Shown here piece by piece: positions 12,396 through 25,637 of a DNA stretch of 64,000 nt. Below the pieces are notes generated by a model. The model did no database searches. It had not been told where the DNA came from and worked only from the letters and a program-made list of their open reading frames with translations. The stretch spans positions 26,616,871-26,680,870 of the forward strand of contig NC_092676.1 of the NCBI RefSeq assembly GCF_964355755.1, read 5' to 3'. This DNA is from Antedon mediterranea (taxonomy: Eukaryota > Animalia > Echinodermata). How positions within the stretch are numbered: position 1 is the stretch's first letter; each line of letters starts with the position of its first letter. The position numbers were made by a program, and so were the translations under genes.

Positions 12396-14120
12396 TAGAA
12401 TGTTCTATCTGTAATGGAAGACTAGAAGACCCAAAATCACTTAGCTGCCTTCATAGTTTCTGTCTGAATGAAGTGTTTGAAGAATTGGGTTCGAACCAAT
12501 GGCAAGCTAACATGCCCTATTTGCCGCAAAGAGTATCCTATTCCATTAGGAGGGCTTCAAAAACTTGCACCAAATACAGTTCTTAACAACCTCTTGGAAA
12601 CCATCAAACAACATGAACAGAAAGATAAGGCTAAAGGCACTGCCTCTCTGTGTACCTCTCATGCTAAACCATTAGAGATGTATTGCACAAAATGTAAAGT
12701 ACCAATATGCATAGAATGCACTGAAATGGAACATGCCGCAGGAGATGGAAAACATGAACTAATTAACATTGTAACAGCATTTAATACGTTTAAGGAAACC
12801 TCAGAAGACTTAAAGAAAGCTGCCAATGAATCCATCAGAAAAACAGAAAATGTACTTAAAGTAGTCACAAAGAATGCTAAAGAACTAGAAGAAAGTAAAG
12901 AGGCAAGTCTCACAGATATTGATAACCAAGTTCAAGAAATGGTAAAAGTAATCAAGAGAAAAGGAGAAGAAATGAGAAAAAAAGTTGAAGCAAATTATAT
13001 AGAGGAAAAGGAAGTCAATGATGTACAAATTACAAATTTAACAACAATCATCTCTGAATTAAACACAAGTGTGAGTTCCCTAAATCAGTTACTAATGAGT
13101 GAGCAATCAACTGCTATGAAATCAAGTGAGAGTGTATTAAATACACTAATGGATGAAATTAATATATCTCAAGAAATCAAGCAAAAGGACAGCAGACAAA
13201 TTAACTTCATCAGAAACAAACAGCCAATTGATTTACTGAAAGAAAATGACATTGGAAATGTTACATTCAAACCAGTTATTGGTATTAAAGGGGATATGAT
13301 GCCCAGGGAAGTATCAAAGTGTGATGATGACATTGGAAATGTTGTAATCAAACCACTTTCTCTCAAAGTAGAGACTGGGCCTTGGGGAGTAGCAAAGTGT
13401 GATGATGATTGCTTGATGGTTTCATTTCGCACAAATAAAATTCACAAGTACAAACTATCCGGAGAATGTATAAGCAAGATTACACTACCAAGAGGTGTGG
13501 AAGTTAACAGTATGTACAGAATGAAGAATGGCAACATAGCATTCAGTGATGTCGGTAATAAATGCATTCAAGTATGTGATATGAATGGTCATGTGATCAA
13601 ATCCATTGGTAAGGGTGTATTGATGAATCCATGTGGTATTCACATAGATGAGGCAACTAATGTTATATATGTAGCAGATGGAAACAATGGACGTGTGTTC
13701 ATGTTTGACATTAATAGTGGTAAGCAGGTGAAGAAGATAGGATCACAAAATGAAGAACATGTATACATTGATGTTGCACTTACAAAAACTGGTAAAGTAC
13801 TAGTAGCAGATGCAGGAAAGCATCAAGTATTATTGTATGACGACAAAGGCACATCAATGAAAGTACTCATCAATGAAGGAGTTGAAGATGGTAATGTGAG
13901 GTACCCATATGGAGTTGTAGTTGATGAGGATGATAACATCATCATGGGAAGTATAAACAAAATACAACTATTCAGGAGTGATGGACATTTTATCAAAAGA
14001 ATCGATCAACAAAAAGATGGAATTAGTTTACCACGTCAGTTATGTATCATATCTCATAACCCATGCATGGTTGCTATAGCAAATAGGGGTTTCAAATCAA
14101 TCAAAATATTCAATTATTGA
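12396..14120 (+). pseudogene. TRIM-NHL copy 4, 5'-truncated (lost acceptor and first ~16 codons) with a 4-nt duplication in the RING; 550-aa ORF from 12468
   Basis: Coding homology starts abruptly at 12396 (tagaatgttct). Comparison with 53666/55863 shows ~2.2 kb deleted. ctgaATGaag versus ctgaag in copy 10. Confidence 0.85.
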
Positions 14121-15800
14121 TGTATAAAATATATCATTGCATTAAAGAAACAAAGTTGAATGAAAGATCAATTACATTAAATAAATTAATTAGTTTATTA
14201 CACAAAGCTTAACATTTAAAAACAATCTTCAAATTTGGAAATTTTAAAATAAAACTCAAAATAACCAAAATCTATTATTCAAATTTTATATGAGGCGAAA
14301 CTTATGATTTTGTATTTTCTAACTTTAATATCATTTTAACTAATGTTATAATTACAGTATATGTCATCACTGAAAAATAAATGGGTTTTTGAGTTGTTTT
14401 TTGTGTGTGTATATATGTTTAGTATTTTTAGAATAAGCCCAATTTTAATTATTGTATATAATATATGTTATACTTGTAGGCAAAGGCAGTTTTTTTTTTC
14501 TAGTTTTAAATCATTAAATACAACATTATTCTTATTTTATCAAGTAATCATACATGTTTTGGAAAGCACTTCCCATAATCAGTGTGAAGCTATATTACAT
14601 GGTGTGTTTATTTTTACTCATTGTCACCGGTATTTAAATAGTATTTTTAGAATAAGCCTAATTTGAATTATTGTATATATGTTACACTTACAGGCTAAGG
14701 CAGTTTTTGTTTTAGTTTTCCTTTCGATTAGCGATGACTCACGACCAACCAATGTCAAGCAAATCAGTCTGTCGTGGTGGCAGGAAACACGTCCCATCCT
14801 ATCTCTGCCTACGCACAATGATTTAACTTGACATGTTTGGTCATACAAATCAAAAGCTCACAAATATGTAGAGTACAATTGTACAGTACATTCATAGCAA
14901 GTCACAACAAACTACTACTACAACCTACAACAAGAAGATTTGTACTGTACGTTACATTTTCTTTTTTAAACCTTATTATTACGTTTCATTGTTGTTATAG
15001 ATTGTTATAGCCTGCAATATAGCAAGTTACAACAAACTACAACTATCTAGTGATGGACATTTTAGTTATGTTATTTATTTAAAGACTTTTGTTTGAAAAG
15101 GGGAAATAAAAATATATGCCAATACACAATCACGTTGACCCTTTTCTTATGGTCTAGTGCTTTGTATGGTAAGTGTCCAATTATAACTCCAAACGTTTGA
15201 AAATCTGACAATACCAATGTACAGTATACAATCTGTAAAAACTATGGTGCTTCTATTGTGATGGATTGTGCTTTAGTTAGTGTTTTGCATCACTGATTTC
15301 TCATGCTGAAAAGAATGCTGGAAAAAATTGTTGTCCTACAGGTATGATATGATGCCTTGTGATGCCATACTGTTTCTATCATATTGAAATATCATGAGTT
15401 ATATATTGAGTAACAATAAAGTGCTTTAATAAATGCTTCAGTTGTGTTTTGCATTTAACAGGTAAAAAAAACATAACAAATTATATTAAATTTATTTAGT
15501 TGAATTAGTTCAGTGTAGCTGTATAGTCTCCAATGCAAACAGTTAGTCAAGATACACAGTAATAGATTCTGGTTGGGTTTAACATGGGTTGTTGGCTTAA
15601 ATATTGGGAACGTAGATTATTTTATTAAATGCCAAGCAGAGATGTATTGTACAGGCATCCGATGATCACATGACAAGTAACTAATATAGTAAAACCCAAT
15701 TGATAATGGGTGGATAAATAAATTGCATTTTTGTATTCAATAAATTGAAAATATGCAATTTTCTATTTATGTGTAATTTATTAAAAAAATCTTTTGCAGA

Positions 15801-17495
15801 ATGGCTAGCAAGTATTTAAATCTACTTGGAGATATAGATGAGAAAGTACTAGAATGTTCTATCTGTAATGGAATTGGCTAGAAGACCCAAAATCACTTAG
15901 TTGTCATCATAGTTTCTGTCTGAAGTGTTTGAAGAATTGGGTTCAAACCAATCATGGCAAGCTAACGTGCTCTATTTGTCGCAAAGAGTATACAATACCA
16001 GTAGGAGGGCTTGAAAAACTTGCACCAAATACAATTCTTAACAACCTCTTGGAAACCATCAAACAACATGAAAAGAAAGGTGAGGTTAAAGGCACTGCCT
16101 CTCTGTGCGCCTCTCATGCTCAACCATTAAAACTGTATTGTACAAAATGTAAAGTACCAATATGCATAGAATGTACTGAACTGGAGCACATTGCAGGGGA
16201 TGGAAAACATGAACTAATTAACATTGTTACAGCATTTAATACGTTTAAGGAAACCTCAGAAGACGTAAAGAAAGCTGCCAATGAATCCATAAGAAAAACA
16301 GAAAATGTACTTAAAGTAGTCACAAAGAATGCTAAAGAACTAGAAGAAAGTAAAACGGCAAGTCTCACAGATATTGATAACGAAGTTCAAGAAATGGTAC
16401 AAGTAATCAAGAACAAAGGAGATAAAATGAAGAGGAAAGTTGAAGAAAATTATATGGAGGAAAAGGAAGTCAATGATGTAGAAATTACAAATTTAACAAA
16501 AATCAACTCTGAATTAAACACACTTGTGAATTCCCTAAATCAGTTACTAATGAGTGATCCAGCAACTGCTATGAAATCAAGAGAGATTGTATTAAATATA
16601 ATGATGGATGAAATTAATAAATATGAAGAAATCAAGCAGGACACCAAACAAATTAACTTCATCAGAAACAAAAAGACAATTGATTTATTGAAAGAAAATG
16701 ACATTGGAAATGTTGTATTCAACCCACTTCCTATCAAAGTAGAGGGTGAGCCTACAGGAGTAGCAAAGTGTGATGATTGCTTGCTGGTTTCATTTCGCAC
16801 CAATGAAATTCACAAGTACAACCAATCAGGAGAATGTACAAGCAAGATTACACTACCAGAAGGTGTGATGGTGTACAGAATGTACAGAATGAAGAATGGC
16901 AACATAGCATTCAGTGATGAGCGTAATAAATGCATTAAAGAATGTGATATGAATGGTCATGTGATCAAATACATTGGTAAGGGTGTATTGATGGATCCAT
17001 GTGGTATTCACATAAATGAGGCAACTAATGTTATATATGTAGCAGATAGGAGACATGGATATGTGTTCATATTTGACATTAATAGTGGTAAGCAGTTGAA
17101 GAAGATAGGATCACAAAACGATAATAGATACACTGATGTTGCACTAACTAAAAATGGTAAAATACTTGTAGCAGATGAAGGACAGTGTCAAGTATTATTG
17201 TATGATGATGAGGACCTGTCACTGAAAGTATTCATCAATGAAGGATTTAAAGATGGTAAGGTGTGGTGCCCACGTGGAGTTGTAGTTGATGAGGATGATA
17301 ATATCATCATAGCAAGTAAGATGTAGTAAAAACAAACTACAACTATTCAGTAGTGATGGTCAATTCATCAAAAGAATTGATAAACAAGAAGATGGAATTA
17401 GTGTACCACATCAGTTATGTATCATTTCTCATAACCCATGTATGGTTGCTGTAGCAATTTGGGGCGACAACAAAATTAAAATATTTAATTATTAA
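15801..17495 (+). pseudogene. TRIM-NHL copy 5, frameshifted at both ends
   Basis: ATG at 15801; 2-nt insertion at ~15874 (ggaaTTggcta); 10-nt insertion with stop at ~17318-17327; homologous tail ends ...IKIFNY TAA at 17495. Confidence 0.88.
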
Positions 17496-18227
17496 TGTAT
17501 AAAATATATCATTACATTAAAGAAACAAAGTTGAATGAAAGATCCAAATTATCTATTAGTTTATTTATTCATTTATTGTCTTAATTCCACAAAGCTCAAC
17601 ATTTAAAAACAATGTTCAAATAAATTGGAAAAATTTGTTTAAAATAAAACCCAAAATAACAAATATCTATTTTTTTAATTTTATGATGTGAAACTTATGA
17701 TGGTTGAATGACTTGTATTTTCTAACTTTAATTTCATTTGAACTATTGTATTAAATACTATAATTGTGTCATCAAAAGTAAATGTTTTTTTTTTTTTTAG
17801 TTTTGTAAATGTTAAGACTGTTGTAGAAATATTGTAAAATCTAAGTAAACACAAACAAGATGAAATCATCTAAAATTTGAGGATAATAAGTCGCACTGTT
17901 AGTAGGCATTTGAAGGGACAAGACATTGTGTATACAACTTGTTTGAGCAGCTTTAATCTCATCTTTCATTTGAACAACAGTTATCAACAAATACATGCAC
18001 ATGTTTTGGGAAGCACTTCCCATAATCATTGTAAAGCTATATTACATGGTGCGTTTTTTTTACTAATTTTCACCAGTATTTAAATGGTATTTTTAGACTA
18101 AACCTAACTTGAATTATTGTATACATGTTACACAAGTTACAGGAGAGAGAGTACTGACTTCAATATTCAAACATCAGCATAGAAAGTCAAACTACAACAA
18201 TTTAGTAGGGAAGGACATTTTAACAAA

Positions 18228-18496
18228 AATAATAATAGTTCATTCTTATATAGCACATACAAGCATTATTACCTCAGTCATTTTTGGGATCAAACACATA
18301 TAGAAACATACTCCCATAATAATGCAGCTAATAATCAGCGCAAAGTTGTGTCTTGATCTAACCGGTGCCCATTTTATACACCTGGGTGGTGAGAGGCAAA
18401 TATCAGTAAAGTGTTTTGCCTAAGGATACAAGCAATGTGGCGAGAGTTGGATTCAAACCACGATCAGTATTCCAACACACTGAGCCACACACCCTC
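18228..18496 (-). mobile_element. tRNA-derived SINE
   Basis: The reverse complement has a pol III-like head (gtggctcagtg...ggtttgaatcc), a core cttaggcaaaacactt...cccaggtgtataaaatggg, and the tail gtgctatataagaatgaactattattatt. Confidence 0.7.
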
Positions 18497-19248
18497 ACGA
18501 AAAAAGTGGTGGGGGGGGGGGTGGGGTGGGTTTCTTCTATATTAGTTTATGTTGTTAATTTTAAGACCTTTGTTTGAAAAGGGGAAATAAAAATATATGC
18601 CAATACACAATCAAGTTGACACTTTTCCTGTGGAAGGGGGGGGGGGGGGCCAACCCGGGCCCCACTTGAATCTTGTTGAAATTTCATTGATTATTATGAG
18701 TGACAATAAAGTGCTTGAATAAATACTTCAGTTGTGTTTTGCAATACTGATTTTGAAGGCGTAACTCCCTTGTTCAAATAGATGAATGCTATGATAACAC
18801 GATCACAGGTTTCAAAGTGCAAAAACCAACTTTATACAATTACTGTAAACGATTGGTTTTAATTCCTGAAACTATCATTTGAGCTGGGAAATTATAAGGT
18901 ATTTACCATAAACAATTATATTACATTTATTTAGTTGAATTAGTTCAGTGTAGCTGTATATAGTCTCCTATGCAAACAGTTAGTGAAGATACACAATACG
19001 AATAGATTCTTGTTGTGTTTAACATGGATTGTTGGCTTGGATACTATCTTATTTTTCCTACAATTAAATGCCAAGCAGAGATGTATTGTACAGGCATCCG
19101 ATGATCACATGACAAGAAGAAACTAATATAGTAAAATCCAATTGATAATGGGTGGATAAATAAACTGCATTTTTTTTATTCAATAAATTGAACAAATATG
19201 TAATTCCTATTAATGTGTAAATTATTAAAAATTAATTCTTTTTGCAGA

Positions 19249-20931
19249 ATGGCTAGCAAGGATTTAAGTTTACTTGGAGATATAGATGAGAAACTAGAAT
19301 GTTCTATCTGCAATGAAAGACTAGACAACCCAAAATCACTTAGGTGCTTTCATAGTTTCTGTCTAAAGTGTTTGGAAAATTGGGTTCAAACCAATCATGG
19401 CAAACTAACATGCCCTATTTGTCGCAAAGGGTATCCAATACCAGTAGGAGGGCTTCAAAAACTTGCCCCAAATACAATTCTCAACAACCTCTTGGAAACC
19501 ATCAAACAACATGAAGAGAAAGATGAGGCTAAAGGCACTGCCTTGCTGTGCTGCTCTCATGCTAAACCATTAGAAATGTATTGTACAAAATGTAAAGTAC
19601 CAATATGCATAGAATGCACTGCAATGGAACATGCCGCAGGAGATGGAAAACATGAACTAATTAACATTGTTACAGCATTTAATACGTTTAAGGAAACATC
19701 AGAAGACTTAAAGAAAGCTGCCAATGAATCCATAAGAAAAACAGAAAATGTACTTAAAGTAGTCACAAAGAATGCTAAAGAACTAGAAGAAAGTAAAGAG
19801 GCAAGTCTCACAGATATTGATAACCAAGTTCAAGAAATGGTACAAGTAATCCAGAAAAAAGGAGAAGAAATGAAGAGGAAAGTTGAAGCAAATTATATGG
19901 AGGAAAAGGATGTCAATGATGTACAAATTACAAATTTAACAAAAATCATCTCTGAATTAAACACAAGTGTGAGTTTCCTAAATCAGTTACTAATGAGTGA
20001 GCCAGCAACTGCTATGAAATCAAGTGCAAGTGTATTAAATACACTGATGGATGAAATTAATAAATCTCAAGAAATCAAGCAAAAGGACAGCAGACAAATT
20101 AACTTTATCAGAAACAAACAGCCAATTGATTTATTGAAAGAAAATGACATTGGAAATGTTGTATTCACACCACTTACTATCAAAAAGGGTATGCCAATTG
20201 GAGTAGCAAAGTGTGATGATGATTGCTTGCTGGTTTCATTTCTCACAAGTAAAATTCACAAGTACACACTATCAGGAGAATGTATAAGCAAGATTACACT
20301 ACCAAAAGGTGTGGAAGTTAACAGAATGTACAAAATGAAGAATGGCAACATAGCATTCAGTGATGTTGGTAATGAATGCATTCAAGTATGTGATATGAAT
20401 GGTCATGTGATCAAGTGCATTGGTAAGGGTGTATTGAAGAATCTACGTGGTATTCACATAGATGAGGCAACAAATGTTATATATGTAGCAGATTGGAGAA
20501 ATGGATGTGTGCTGTTTGACATTAATAGTGGTGAGCAGTTGAAGAAGATAGGAACACAAAATGAAGAAAACGGTTACATTGATGTTGCACTTACAAAAAC
20601 TGGTAAAGTACTTGTAGCAGATAAAAGACAGCATCAAGTATTATTGTATGATGACAATGACAAGTCACTGAAAGTACTCATCAATAGAAGATATGGAGAT
20701 GGTAAGGTGAGGTGCCCACGTGGAGTTGTAGTTGATGAGGATGATAACATCATTATAGCAAGTGAACAAAAACTACAACTATTCAGTAGTGATGGACATT
20801 TTATCAAAATAATTGATCAACAAGAAGATGAAATGAGTGTACCATTTCAGTTATGTATCATTTCTCATAACCCATGTATAGTTGCTGTAGCATACTTCCT
20901 TATCAACACAATTAAAATATTTAATTATTAA
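19249..20931 (+). CDS. TRIM-NHL copy 6, intact (560 aa)
   Basis: True start is MASK at 19249 after tttgcag; the ORF-track start 19213 is intronic. All domains present. Confidence 0.92.
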   Translation: MASKDLSLLGDIDEKLECSICNERLDNPKSLRCFHSFCLKCLENWVQTNHGKLTCPICRKGYPIPVGGLQKLAPNTILNNLLETIKQHEEKDEAKGTALLCCSHAKPLEMYCTKCKVPICIECTAMEHAAGDGKHELINIVTAFNTFKETSEDLKKAANESIRKTENVLKVVTKNAKELEESKEASLTDIDNQVQEMVQVIQKKGEEMKRKVEANYMEEKDVNDVQITNLTKIISELNTSVSFLNQLLMSEPATAMKSSASVLNTLMDEINKSQEIKQKDSRQINFIRNKQPIDLLKENDIGNVVFTPLTIKKGMPIGVAKCDDDCLLVSFLTSKIHKYTLSGECISKITLPKGVEVNRMYKMKNGNIAFSDVGNECIQVCDMNGHVIKCIGKGVLKNLRGIHIDEATNVIYVADWRNGCVLFDINSGEQLKKIGTQNEENGYIDVALTKTGKVLVADKRQHQVLLYDDNDKSLKVLINRRYGDGKVRCPRGVVVDEDDNIIIASEQKLQLFSSDGHFIKIIDQQEDEMSVPFQLCIISHNPCIVAVAYFLINTIKIFNY

Positions 20932-21532
20932 TGTAGAAAATACATCATTGCATTAAAGAAACAAAGGTGGATGAAAGATCAATTAAATTAAATCAATATT
21001 ATCTATTAATTAATTTATTAATTTATTGTCCTATACACAATTCTTAAAATGTAAAAATACTCTTCAAATAAATTGGAATAAAAATAAAACTTAAAATATC
21101 CAAAATTTATTTTTTAAATTTCTTATGAGATAAAACTTTTGATGGTTGAATTGAATGCTTTGTATTTTCTAACTTGAAGATCATTTGAACTAATATTATA
21201 ATTATGTTATAAAAAATAAATGTTTTTTTTTGTGTATATATTTAGAATAAGCCCAATTTAAATTATTGTATACAGTATATAATATGTAGACTTGTAGGCA
21301 AAGGCATATTTTGTTTTTCTAGTTTTAAATCATTAAATACAACAATATTCTTATTTCATCAAGTAAGCATAGATGTCTATGGTAATGGAAGTAGATTGTA
21401 CTTTAATAAAGTGATCACATACTGTATATAGTAATCTTTACTACTAGTAATATCAATTGTTTTAAAGCAAATGTATAATTAAAACATTTTAAAATGATGT
21501 TTTTTGCATACAGGTCTAATTGAATGATTTAT

Positions 21533-22509
21533 TATGTGATCATTTAGAATAAAATGATCACCTATTGTTATTGTATGAAATCTTATTATTTGTTACTTTC
21601 TGTACAGATTTTGTGTGTCAATTATCTCAAAAAGTTGAATGGCAATGGTCACAAGAATTTCACAATGTCTTTCTAATACTTTAACTTAGTCCTAAAAAGC
21701 TTTTCAGCGCGATCACTCATCCCTGACGTCATTTATACGCCAGTTTGTGAAATCGCATTATCAATCATATCTCCATAATTCATTATCACATATTAATGAA
21801 ATTCCCTACACGTAAACTTCAGGTCAAGGGTAAAAATATTAGCAAATAAAAACACACCCGTACATAGGTTCATGCGCGTAAAATTGCGCGTTAAAAGTTA
21901 AAAATGTGAAAAATCATTTCTAATCAATTTCTTTCTCAATTTCATGTCATTTTAAGCATGTCAAAAATTCCCACGCGCACGCAAATTTTTTCGCGCGCGG
22001 CACGCATGTAGCGTTAAAAACATATTTTTTCACTTGATTTATGTTTTTTCAGTCGTATTTTCATATTTTGCGTCATAGTTCATGACATTTAAAAGAGCGC
22101 GCATCCATATTATGCGTATCCAAATTTCTTCAACACGTTAATATGTTGTTGCTCAAATAATTTCCTTCCAAAATTGCTATCTACGTGTTTCATTTTGATG
22201 ACATCATCATTTATAAAATTTGGAATAAAGGAGGGTCCCGTTATTTTCACCTATTCTGCACTGTATTTAGTATGTATGTTACACTGTATATAGATATACA
22301 GTATCGGGTACAGTATATACTGTACATATTGTATATGGCATATAATACTAAATAGGCACAATTCAGCACTATAAGCGTATAATAGGATGGCATACATCAA
22401 CATTTTCCGATCGTATGTTAACGTACGTGGAGTTTTTAAAAAAATTAATTTCAGTAAAATGATAAAAATGATCACCTATAATTCGTCAAAGTGACGAATT
22501 AAATTCTAG
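21533..22509 (+). mobile_element. Non-autonomous Helentron/DINE-like element
   Basis: 5' inverted repeat gtgatcattt-agaat-aaaatgatcac; 3' subterminal repeat aaaatgatcaccta; hairpin aattcgtca-aag-tgacgaatt; then CTAG followed by T. Absent at the paralogous site near 35105. Confidence 0.7.
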
Positions 22510-22534
22510 TTTAACTCTTGTATTTTTAGAGTAA

Positions 22535-22804
22535 TACCCTTTCACATTTGCAAAATGTAACAACTTGTAACCAGGTTTGCACATATTGTGAAAAAGGCCT
22601 GTTCTTTTCTTCCGAGATACGTGTGTGGCTCTGAAAATTAACAGACTAATCACAGTACTCTAATAATTAAATAGCGCGCTCAGCTATGCAATGACAATAC
22701 TTTCTCTTGAGATTTCTCCAGGTTCGCATACAGTATGCGTGTAATAAATCGGGTATCAAACCTGGTTACAACTTTCAATAATTTACGCAGATGTAAAAAG
22801 GGTA
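22535..22804. mobile_element. PIF/Harbinger-like MITE with TAA target-site duplication
   Basis: TAA|taccctttcacat...tgtaaccaggtttg ... caaacctggttaca...atgtaaaaagggta|TAA. A paralogous copy lies at ~36208-36480. Confidence 0.7.
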
Positions 22805-23715
22805 TAATACTACTGTACTTTGCATATATTTTATTGAATTATCGGTTTAAACTTTTTGCCTGTATAATTGTTTATCAGAGTCCGATGATATATATCATAT
22901 ACCGACACCTTTCAATTCACTGCATTTGATTTGGATAATCGCCAGTCTATAGTTATTGCCTTACCCCGAACTACACCCCATCATAACAAAGATAAGAACA
23001 ATTGTTTTTGTGAGATAGATTAAAAATCAATGAGGCATGAACCAGCTTGTAATAACAGGGACTTTATATGCAACAGGATGGTAGACAAATGATGACGGTA
23101 GATGAAAGGCTACGGTAATTTATACAAATTATTAATCTGCGCATAAGCACAGTATACTGAGTTTACTCCATTCTGTTTAAAATCGTAACGGTATTTTGGT
23201 CAACTTTATATATATATTAAAATTTTAGTTGTAAAATTAACTTAAACATCATATTTTATGTACATGTATACTGATTCTTCTAGATTCATTAAAAAATACG
23301 GTAAGCATCCCCGTATGCCTTTTTTATGGTTTTAATTAGGTTTTTAGTTCATCCTTTGATTTTACAGAATCAAACATTTTCTTTGTTTCATTTTTTTTTT
23401 TCTCAATCAACAACATTTATTTGTAGTAGTGATTCTATCGATCAATTTTTTTGCTTTGTTTTCTTCAATGTTTTTCAATCGTTTAGAAACTGCATTTTTT
23501 TTCTTATTAATATACGTCGCAATAAACTACAATCTTTCAAGGTATTGCACAAGTTTAATTAACAACTTAACTCAGATCTATCAACAGTGAGCCTTGAAAA
23601 TTAATTGTCTTGTACATAATTAGGTCTATCAATATTTGTCATACCAATTGTCTGTACTGTATTGTTTGTACAGTTGCTGTTACAAATTTACTCATTGACA
23701 CATTAGGATCATTAT

Positions 23716-24968
23716 TAGGTAATCATTTAGAATAAAATGATCACCTATTGTTATTGTATGAAATCTTTATTCTTTCTGTACACTATTTTGTGTAACAATT
23801 ATCTCAAAAAGTTGAATGTCAATGATCACAAAATTTTCACAATATCTTTTAAATACTGTAACTTAATCATAATAAGCTTTTCAGCGTGATCACTGATCCG
23901 TGACGTCATTTATACGCCATTTTGTGAAATTACATTATCAATCATATCTCCATAACTTGTCATAAAATATTAATGAAAATCAATGAAAATTAAGTTTTGA
24001 TCAATTTAGAGCATGAATTAGGCCATTTGCACGTTTTAAAAAATTACTGCGCAAAAACACGTTTTTGCACGCGCTGTACTTAAAAAGTGTAAAAAATACG
24101 ATTTTTTGTACAAATCGCATTCTACTCACCATCCTTAGTACATTTACCAAATTTGAGTTTGTTCCGACTTAAAATAACGCTATACGAGGAGGTTAAAAAT
24201 GACAAAATGCGCACATTAATTGCATAAAAGTCGCTGAAAATGGTGAAAAATAAGGCATTTTTAAAATGAAAATAATTCTTCAGAATGCACGATGACCCTC
24301 AATTTTTTTAACTTATTCTGGAAGCCATTGAGTTGTAGATATGAATTCATGTACACATTTCACGTACAAAATGTTGTGACGTCACCAAATGGCCAGTTGA
24401 ATTTAAAATTAAGTGTTTTTTCTCTTTCGTCATAATTTATCACATTCAATAGAACGCATCTCTGTTATTGGTGCCCGATTTTCGCTCCAATTTTAGTATG
24501 TGATTGCACAATTAATTGAATTTCTCATGACTCATGCCACTATTTTTATTTTTATGACATCATCACGCGTAAAAACTTGAATAACGTAGGTCGTGTAATT
24601 TCACCTTCGCCGTAAATTTGAATATCTTACAGCTCTTCATAATTGAAGGTTACCTTGATAATTATAATTTATTATGGAAGCTGATGAAATGTAGATATGA
24701 ATTCATATAAAAATCAAGCCTATCTGATGTTATGACGTTAACATATGGCCAGTTGAAGTTTAAAAGTAGTTTTTTCATCTTTTTTGTCAAAGTTATACAA
24801 ATTTCAAAGAGCGCGCACAGCGTTTCTACGTGCCAAATTCTCTTCCAATTCTTATATTTATTTTCTCAATTCATTATCTTTTGAAATTGTCATCTTCGAG
24901 TTTATTTTGATAATTCCATCATACCAAAAAATTAGAACAATTCGTCAAAGTGACGAATTAAATTCTAG
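23716..24968 (+). mobile_element. Non-autonomous Helentron/DINE-like element, second plus-strand copy
   Basis: Same 5' end (tcatttagaataaaatgatcacctattg) and same 3' hairpin plus CTAG as 21533-22509; different interior. Confidence 0.7.
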
Positions 24969-25271
24969 TTAATATTAATATTCATTTTACAAAGTTTTTT
25001 TTTATTTGATTACAATATCTATCACATGATTCCTGATTTAATAACAATAAACAATTAAGCTTGGTTGTATATTTACTTTTAGAGACTAAAGAAGGCTAAA
25101 CACCATTTTGGATGATAATTACCGAGGATAAGTATTGCCTTTAAATAAGATTGGGCAGCAGAAGGAACTTAAATTAAACTTTACAGGCTATGTAGGAGCT
25201 ACTAATTCCTTAGTAGAAGAACTGGAGCCTTGGAACTGTATTTTTAAGGGTACAAAAATAAAATTGTTTAC

Positions 25272-25637
25272 CAAAAAAATGCCTTAAGATCTGCTTGTTT
25301 AATGGCAATGTTCACCAGCTGTTGACGACCAAGAAGAGTCTGCATCGTTGATAACCTTGATAACAGCTTCATAAAGGCTACAAACTCATCGCCGGTCACA
25401 TCATGTAAAATAAAAAAAAAAATAGTAAAGACAGAAACATTAACATTTGAGCAACTACATTGCACCCCTTTGAGTTAAAATAGGAACTTACTTCTTTTAA
25501 TTTTTCAATGATCTGTTCTTCTTCTTTTGTTATTAAATTTGGTTCCAAAGATTTAACCTTTGTGCTCAAGAACTTAATGACACAATCACGAACAAGATCT
25601 TCTTCCGATTGAATTTGGGCAAATCCTCCTAAAGCAC
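25272..25637 (-). pseudogene. API5: API5 copy C, middle exons (25637-25492 GALGG...; ~25411-25272 ILHDVTGDEFVAFMKLL...QADL)
   Basis: Matches API5 GTLGGLFSQI...RERAIKFL and VLEDVTGEEFVLFMKIL...GRQQLV...QADL. Indels are present and the second exon has lost its acceptor. Confidence 0.85.

Noticed and set aside
18508-18650. Poly-G tracts as functional G-quadruplex elements
   Set aside because: Short homopolymers next to TE remnants, not conserved in paralogous spacers.
19213-19248. N-terminal extension MCKLLKINSFCR of copy 6
   Set aside because: This is the conserved intronic acceptor region that happens to be open in this copy.
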